Of a DNA stretch of 64,000 nucleotides, positions 58,701 through 64,000 are shown piece after piece. The notes below the pieces were generated by a model that was not told the origin of the DNA, ran no database searches, and saw only the letters and a list, made by a program, of their open reading frames with translations. The DNA is from Planctomycetota bacterium (GTDB lineage: Bacteria; Planctomycetota; UBA8108; SXIK01). How positions within the stretch are numbered: the first letter of the stretch is position 1; each line of letters opens with the position of its first letter. Where the stretch lies: NCBI GenBank assembly GCA_965223265.1, contig OZ244999.1, forward strand, positions 5,920,001-5,984,000. Direction: 5' to 3'. The position numbers and the translations under genes were made by a program.

Positions 58701-59831
58701 GACCTTGCGGTGCTCAGGACCCAACCGTCTCGCATCCTACTCCTTATGGCTGAGGAAAATCGAACTTTCACGGCCGGATTGGAGTTACCTGTCGACGGTA
58801 CGACTTCCCTCATCGCCACTGACTTGAGCAGCGACCGAATCGACGATCTCGTGGTCGCGAACCACTCCATGGACGACGTGTCGATTTACGTGTCGAGGGG
58901 AGATGGAACGTTCGAAACCGAGCTTCGAATCCCTGTCGGCCCGCAACCGGGTCGTCTTGTCGCGGGCGATCTCAACGGTGATGGACTCGTCGACTTGGTC
59001 GTGAGCCACGACAGTCGGAATGCTTTCTATGTTCTCGTCGGTGAAGGCCAAGGAAAGTTCCTCCCAGTCCAACGTATTCAAACGAACTCGAGTCGTCTGA
59101 CCGGAATCGCTGTAGGTGACTGGGATGGCGACGGCCTCGGCGATGTGATCACAACACATCAACGAGAGGGGGCAGAGATCTACTTCTACGTTGACGGTGG
59201 TGGCTTCGAGAGTCCAGGGCGAGTTTTCGAAGCTGAGCTCCATGTGATCGTACCAGCCGATGTCGATGGTGACGGTCAACTTGACGTCGTCGGTTCGGGA
59301 GCAAATGATGTGTTCATAGCGCTTGGAAGAGGCGATGGCCGATTTCTTCCTCCGCAGCACTTTATCGTCGGGCAGCGGGTTCTTGGATTGGTCACGGATG
59401 ATCTCGATGACGACGATCGAGTGGACATCGTCACCGCGAACTCTGCCTTTCAGATCGCAGAGATCAATGTGCTGCGCAACCACACGGTTCGGAACGACAG
59501 CCCACTCTTGAATTCTTGCGCGGACGGCGCACAACTTGTGGGGGACTGCACGCAGGATGCCGTCCTGGACATCTCCGATGGCATCTGCGTGCTCGGAGTT
59601 CTCTTTTCAGGTGAACCAGTGTCGTTTCCGTGTGACGATGGGCTCGGTAATTCGCCTGGGAATCTCGCCTTGCTTGACATTCAGCCAGACGGTGACGTGG
59701 ACATTTCAGATGCGATCTCTCTTTTCCAGTTCTTATTCGTAGGCTCAGCAGGGGAGACAGAAGTGGTTAGACTTGATAACGGATGTGAAAGGATCGTTGG
59801 CTGTCCAAACAACATTGCTTGCGGGCAATGA
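55767..59831 (+). CDS. Large secreted FG-GAP/VCBS repeat protein with Cys-rich DCNxNG repeats and C-terminal dockerin-like domain
   Basis: FG.S......L.VGA repeats, DC(N/D)xNGxxDxC repeats, D(L/F/W)xxDGxxDL repeats, GDCTQD..LDISDG and DGDVDISDAI. Confidence 0.85.
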   Translation: MKVRIFGGMFALWGVVCSCNDGHAQFAAPQQVVRPQSSTEFGIVHAVALLGDRAAIMAALRSSSSATVFVFERSDEHWELAAEFACPPYGGTQSGHSLRLTDNSIIAGTPEGTVVLVFENRGDGWAETQRLRAPDFAPGQKFGASLAVEENTLVIGAPVSSNEGPASSVYVYTLSEEGWTFQQKLLPEEAGFRKFGAAVAISNGVIAVGESLPFNDSGTVYLFENDAVEWQLTQVLRPPALPGDRRRFGESLSLIDEVLVVGASRDSRQQGRVGAAYVYRRDGDAWVFQQELRAADAVAEDRFGESISVTPGTILVGAPYHDGIARDSGLVYVFEEQGGSWTEAQRLTSRDVEISEFGISVVFDGRTVLVGASSAMSGGAAFFYDHCEGSGDCNENGLADDCEIADGSSRDCDGNGVLDECDLAAGAVDCDEDGLLDRCALSLGVRVDCNGNDVIDRCEVPVGTSSDVNGNGIPDACETFNEPFSRCRELTGLLDCDRSGVDDRCEVFTGVLADIDANDIPDVCQVDCDGSGVPDSYELSTGMLFDCDGNGLPDVCDTGPTPVSLQATEAIPFGISSTGVVLGDWNADSLIDLAVTHDSAGVVSIAIGESNGGFTVNRSYPVGDVPIGIVAADLDGDGTEDLATANRSANTVSILFGRGDATFRPAGSLLVGQGPEHIVASDFNNDDAMDLAIAEVTFGTISVLLGYGDGTFHWPVRMALDGAPTALLATRLDDDDHVDLVASVSLSGVSLFSGIGDGTFVRPRKVAVGGTFFGVVATDLDQNSIVDLVTLDGESNIHAFLGTSGGLCQRSDTAPAGELAVDLTSGDWDQDGNTEIAVLAERSAAVFMFEWLDDRFVSLGDFPAGANRRAIASADGATGADPVVATIGAGGLAPVMTNDEAGRLSPVQRVDLDGAADVAVIHHQTGPPTLAVADRDHGAVHLVPITGPETFGAPQTISFDEGTATEIESLHVNADGLVDLAVLRTQPSRILLLMAEENRTFTAGLELPVDGTTSLIATDLSSDRIDDLVVANHSMDDVSIYVSRGDGTFETELRIPVGPQPGRLVAGDLNGDGLVDLVVSHDSRNAFYVLVGEGQGKFLPVQRIQTNSSRLTGIAVGDWDGDGLGDVITTHQREGAEIYFYVDGGGFESPGRVFEAELHVIVPADVDGDGQLDVVGSGANDVFIALGRGDGRFLPPQHFIVGQRVLGLVTDDLDDDDRVDIVTANSAFQIAEINVLRNHTVRNDSPLLNSCADGAQLVGDCTQDAVLDISDGICVLGVLFSGEPVSFPCDDGLGNSPGNLALLDIQPDGDVDISDAISLFQFLFVGSAGETEVVRLDNGCERIVGCPNNIACGQ

Positions 59832-60019
59832 GTCCCGGCGATGCGTCGCGGGATACTGGGCTCGATCGTGATCGTCCCATCGGTAGAATCTACGATCGCT
59901 TTCTGGTCGCAAGTCTAATTTACGAGACTAAAGAAGACAGGCGTGGGCGCTATCGCTGCAACGAGTGCCGGAACACCGCGTTCGGCAACGAACACCTTCG
60001 GCAGCGGCTCAAGCAGACA

Positions 60020-60374
60020 AGTGGACGCGTTTCCGCGGCCCGAACGGAGAGGGTATTTCGCCCGCGACGGGGGTCCCGACGACGTTCGACCCCGACAGAG
60101 GAGCTCTCCGGCAGGCGGCGGTTCCGTCGGGTCATTCGTCACCCATCCTCTCGAAAGATCGACTCTTCCTCACCGCCTACGAAGAGAAACGGCTTCTCTC
60201 TATAGCTCTCGACCGTCAGACGGGAAAGATCCTCTGGCGCCGCGAAGCGCCGCACCGACTCCCGCGTCTACGCTTTCGTGGCGAATTGATCCGACTCGGT
60301 TGACAGTGACTCACACGCCTCGCCAGCTGAGTGGTGACGGTTTACTCTAAGACCGGCCGCAAGGAGTCGGAGCG
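60020..60374 (+). pseudogene. Internally deleted duplicate of the 53966-55426 gene plus its downstream region
   Basis: 60020-60253 matches 54066-54299 and 60251-60374 matches 55388-55511, joined at CGC. Confidence 0.85.
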
Positions 60375-60383
60375 CTGCATACC

Positions 60384-60938
60384 ATGTGCCTGCCGAAGAA
60401 GAACGCTCGCAGAAGACTCATCGTCGGAGCAGTCGTCTTCCTGCTTCTCGCCGTCGTTCTCGCTCAAAGATTTCGGTCGTCGCATGTCTTTACCGTGGAA
60501 TTCTGCACGCGATGCGGCCTGCGTTGCGAGGTTGATACGGCTCGCAGCCCAGCAGAGCAGCAGGAAGAGACTTCGGTGAGTCAATGGTACGAAAGGTATA
60601 TTTCGCAGCCACACAAACATCGGTGGAAGATCATTCGGAGTCACGGTGAGAAGCACGGGTTTTTCGTAACGCACTCTTGGGTACGCCACAATTGGGATTA
60701 CGAGCCGTTCTTGGCGGGGGAAGAAGTGATCGGTTTTCTGGAGCTGCTCAGAGAGCATGGTCTCAGCGCACATTACTTTCAACTGTTGAGCGGTGACGAC
60801 CGCGATGCGCGGCTCAAAGCTTGGCAGGTGACGCAAGTTCTTGGGCATCCCGAGTCGGACGAGGTCAAGGCCTGGTGGTCGAAGCTCGAGGCGGTTTTAG
60901 CGCAACGAGCGCCACAGAGTGCGGACTCGTCGCGGTGA
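60384..60938 (+). CDS. Membrane-anchored hypothetical protein with CxxC and HxH
   Basis: Basic N-terminus followed by a TM, FCTRCG, PHKHRW. Confidence 0.6.
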   Translation: MCLPKKNARRRLIVGAVVFLLLAVVLAQRFRSSHVFTVEFCTRCGLRCEVDTARSPAEQQEETSVSQWYERYISQPHKHRWKIIRSHGEKHGFFVTHSWVRHNWDYEPFLAGEEVIGFLELLREHGLSAHYFQLLSGDDRDARLKAWQVTQVLGHPESDEVKAWWSKLEAVLAQRAPQSADSSR

Positions 60939-60959
60939 CACGGTCCGCCGCATCCAGGG

Positions 60960-61110
60960 GCACGAGCTATGAGCCGCGGCGGCGGCTCAAACCCGCGCTT
61001 TGCTTGCCGAGACAAGTACAGGCGCATTGAGCTTCTCCGGAGCTACAAGGAGTTCCTTGGAGAAAACCGGTTCGCGTTGAGGAGTTTCTGCGAGGGACTT
61101 CGAGAGCTGC
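60960..61110 (+). pseudogene. Possible C-terminal remnant of a RAYT/IS200-like tyrosine transposase
   Basis: TSYEPRRRL, then after a one-base frameshift NPRFACRDKYRRIELL...FL...R.AL..F..G. Resembles, from recall, the tails of long Y1 transposases. Confidence 0.45.
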
Positions 61111-61272
61111 AGGTCCATGAACCTGGAGTGGCCGCGATCGAGGCTGGGGCCGCCGAGCCGGGTTCGGACGACAGAAGATTTTGCTACGGCGTAAGAGGGC
61201 AACGGACTTTGCAGGCCCTACTCCGTGCGTGATAGAATCCCAGCAGAACTCATCCCGTATACCAGAGGGAGA

Positions 61273-62685
61273 ATGAACGTCTGCGCCGCCAGCTCCATTG
61301 ACCGCCGCGAGTTTCTACGAGCAGGACTGACCGGATTCACGACCCTCAGCCTTGCCGGGCTGTACCGACTCCGCGCGCAGGAGTCGGCGTCGCGTCTGGC
61401 GACCCAACCGAGCGAGCCGACAGCCGTGATCCTGGTTTGGCTGCGTGGCGGCGCGAGTCACTTGGAGACGTTCGATCCGAAACCGGAGGCTCCACGCGAG
61501 ATTCGAGGACCTTACCGGGCGATCAACACGAACGTCTCCGGCATCCGAATTTGCGAATTGCTGCCCCGCCTCGCCAAGATTGCGGACAAATATGCCCTGC
61601 TGCGTTCGATGGCGCACAACGCGGGCGGTCACCCGGCCGGATCGCTTCAGATCTTGTCAGGAGATGCGGACTCTGCTGACAAACCGCGCCCAGTGTATCC
61701 TGACTGGATGACTGTCGCGAATTCCCTGCGCCCTAGTTCCCGCACGGGTCTACCCAACTACGTAGCGGTGAACCCGGTCGACCGGTACGACAACTTCGTC
61801 ATCGCCGGGCCTGCCTATCTTGGTCCTGCGTACGCACCATTCAAGGTAGTCGGAGATCCGAATCGACCGCACTTCGAGATTCCCAACATTGCGCTCAAGG
61901 ACGAGGCGCGCGCGCTCCGGTTGCGCAGGCGCGTCAGCCTGAGATCGAGTCTCGACCGGCTCGCTCGCGACATCGAACAAGTCGAAGACACCGCTCGCAT
62001 GAAGGCGTTCGACGAGTACGAGGCGCAGGCGCTGGCCTTACTAACCAGCCGCGAGGCTCGCGAGGCATTCGATTTGACGCGAGAGCCCGAGGGTCTGCGC
62101 GAGCGGTATGGACGAAACCAATGGGGACAGCAATGTCTCATGGCACGGCGCCTCGTCGAAGCGGGTGTAGATATCGTCGCCACCGAGTTCGACGGACCCC
62201 TCTGCGGTAGGGTTGCCAACTGGGATGACCATGCAGTCAACCACCATGTCTTCGAGGCGATAAGGTACCGGGCACCGTTTTTCGATCAGGCAGTCTCCGC
62301 ACTGATTGAAGATATCTACGAGCGCGGTCTAGATCGGCGGGTCCTCGTCGTCGTCACCGGAGAGTTCGGCCGCACGCCCCGCATCTCATACGTCGCGAGC
62401 AGCGGAGGGGGTGAAGCGAGTCGTCCAAAGGGAGTGGTTCAGCCGGGTCGAGATCATTGGCCTCGTGCGAATTCGATGCTCTTCGCCGGTGGGGGCATTC
62501 GGACCGGTCAGGTGATCGGCGCCACAGATCCGCTCGGTGAAGATCCCGTCGAGCACCGGGTTGGACCGCACGATTTCTTGGCGACAATCTATCGACACCT
62601 GGGTGTCGACTTCAATCACGTCGCGCTGAGCAATCTCGCGGGGCGGCCAATCCCCATAGTCCACGAGGGGAAGCCAATATTGTAG
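61273..62685 (+). CDS. DUF1501 domain protein
   Basis: DRREFLR, GG.SHLETFDPKP, ARRLVEAG, WDDH, GEFGRTP, GRDHWP. Confidence 0.9.
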   Translation: MNVCAASSIDRREFLRAGLTGFTTLSLAGLYRLRAQESASRLATQPSEPTAVILVWLRGGASHLETFDPKPEAPREIRGPYRAINTNVSGIRICELLPRLAKIADKYALLRSMAHNAGGHPAGSLQILSGDADSADKPRPVYPDWMTVANSLRPSSRTGLPNYVAVNPVDRYDNFVIAGPAYLGPAYAPFKVVGDPNRPHFEIPNIALKDEARALRLRRRVSLRSSLDRLARDIEQVEDTARMKAFDEYEAQALALLTSREAREAFDLTREPEGLRERYGRNQWGQQCLMARRLVEAGVDIVATEFDGPLCGRVANWDDHAVNHHVFEAIRYRAPFFDQAVSALIEDIYERGLDRRVLVVVTGEFGRTPRISYVASSGGGEASRPKGVVQPGRDHWPRANSMLFAGGGIRTGQVIGATDPLGEDPVEHRVGPHDFLATIYRHLGVDFNHVALSNLAGRPIPIVHEGKPIL

Positions 62686-62704
62686 CCGATCCGTGAAGGC
62701 GCAA

Positions 62705-62764
62705 AACGAACCTGGGTCGGGAGTCGGCGGGGGTGGAAGAACGAACCTGGGTCGGAAGTCGGCG
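62705..62764. repeat. 25-bp direct repeat, 2 copies 35 bp apart
   Basis: AACGAACCTGGGTCGG(G/A)AGTCGGCG at 62705 and 62740. Confidence 0.7.
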
Positions 62765-63043
62765 AATCCGACGCGCGCAGCGAGCGCTACGATGAGCCCT
62801 CAGAAGAGCGTGCTGGGGACGACCTTTCGACGTGCACAGCCCGCCCTGCCTTCTCGTCATGAGGCGAAAACTGCAAAAGGCACGTGAAGCTCAACCAGAC
62901 AAGTCGTGAACGCGCTCAGAGGGGAAGGTCGAACAGAACAACGCGACGAAAGAATAGCGCTGATGATCCAACCGGGACGAGACTTCGCTGGCTGCGACGG
63001 TATCATCGACTGCACTGATAGAATCTCGAGCTGGGAGTCGCCG

Positions 63044-64000
63044 ATGCGCTTCGTTTCGTGTTCCTTCACACTCGCGCTGTTCCTGCCGTGGGCCGGCGAT
63101 CTACGTTCGGCCCCGGTCACCATCGCCCCAGCCGCGCCGCGACTCGCCGTGGCGTGGAACGGTCCGCTGGGAAGTTCTGGGCTTCTCGCGAGCATGACGA
63201 CCGAGTCGCCCTGGGAGTTCGTCACGGCTCCTCTCGAGATCGGCCGCAATGCGGTTCTTAGCTTCGCGCGTGACCGTCTCTACGCGGTCAGTCGTCCAGC
63301 CGGCACAATTACGATCGTCCGGCCTGATAGCTGGAGCATCGAACGCGTGCACTCTCTCGGAGAGGGGAGCGAGCCCCTGGACATCGCCGTGGTCAGCGCC
63401 GAGAAGGCCTACGTGACGCGCGCCACCGCCAACCACCTCTTACGACTCAATCTGGTTTCTGGCGCGAGCGAAGACGTCGTGGATCTCTCAGCGTTCGCCG
63501 ATCGCGACGGCGTGGCGGATCTTGGCCGGATGATCCTGCATGAGGGCCGCCTGTTTGTGCAGATCCGGCGGATCAATTTCGACGAGCCCGGCGTCTTCGC
63601 GCCGCCGGCCTACCTGGCGGTCATCGACGTCGCCAGTGAAACGCTGATCGACGTCGATCCGGGGACACCCGGCATCCAGGCGATCCAGCTCATGGGTACC
63701 TGGCCTAAGCTGAGGATGCAGATCGTGCCTGAGTCGCGACGTCTCTTCCTGAGCGCCACTGGCACGTCGTTCGATGCTGGCGGCATCGAGGTGATCGATC
63801 TCGACGCACTCGCATCGACGGGCCTGATGATTCAAGAGCGAGCTGGTTTCACCGGAGCGGATCTCGGCCCGTTCGTCATGGTCACCCCGGAGCGTGGCTA
63901 CCTCGTCTACACGACGGATTTCACGATCTCCTCCCACATGCAGGGCTTTTCCGAGTTAGGCGGCGTCGATCCTCTGCCCCAGGTTTACGGCGTCGTCGAC
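63044..64000 (+). CDS. 3'-truncated secreted YncE/YVTN-like beta-propeller protein (absent from the ORF track)
   Basis: Open frame MRFVSCSFTLALFLPW..LYAVSR..EPLDIAVVSAEKAYVTR..DLSAFADRDG..GGIEVIDL runs off the window end. GGGAG RBS. Confidence 0.75.
   Translation, partial: MRFVSCSFTLALFLPWAGDLRSAPVTIAPAAPRLAVAWNGPLGSSGLLASMTTESPWEFVTAPLEIGRNAVLSFARDRLYAVSRPAGTITIVRPDSWSIERVHSLGEGSEPLDIAVVSAEKAYVTRATANHLLRLNLVSGASEDVVDLSAFADRDGVADLGRMILHEGRLFVQIRRINFDEPGVFAPPAYLAVIDVASETLIDVDPGTPGIQAIQLMGTWPKLRMQIVPESRRLFLSATGTSFDAGGIEVIDLDALASTGLMIQERAGFTGADLGPFVMVTPERGYLVYTTDFTISSHMQGFSELGGVDPLPQVYGVVD

Noticed and set aside
63488-63937. Minus-strand ORFs at the window end
   Set aside because: They are antisense to a convincing plus-strand CDS starting at 63044, which the track missed because it has no stop in the window.

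Overview
GC-rich bacterial chromosomal DNA, very likely from a Planctomycetota member: three DUF1501 genes, a DUF1549/DUF1553 gene, PQQ-like beta-propellers, an ECF sigma/Ser-Thr kinase pair and several secreted proteins with planctomycete-type dockerin-like tags. It is an accessory region with about 40 CDSs and no rRNA, tRNA or CRISPR. The most interesting candidate system (41360-48753) is an ECF sigma factor plus a membrane Ser/Thr kinase ending in TPRs and a malectin domain, followed by two secreted dockerin-tagged proteins that carry three copies of an unrecognised His/Cys-rich domain; a shared GGYGAAAA-N12-CGAACC motif precedes two of these genes. A GTAG-type REP family occurs at three loci, including a 10-unit 139-bp tandem array that splits an operon just before a frameshifted Cys-rich ECF gene. 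Other signals: two copies of a TIR-bounded MITE with YTAR target duplications, IS91 and RAYT-like transposase remnants, a large FG-GAP gene bracketed by an internally deleted duplicate of its neighbour, a LemA-HEAT-GIDE operon, a putative nucleotidyltransferase toxin-antitoxin pair and a lipoprotein with an acireductone-dioxygenase-like cupin. All family calls come from reading motifs by eye; no database searches were run.
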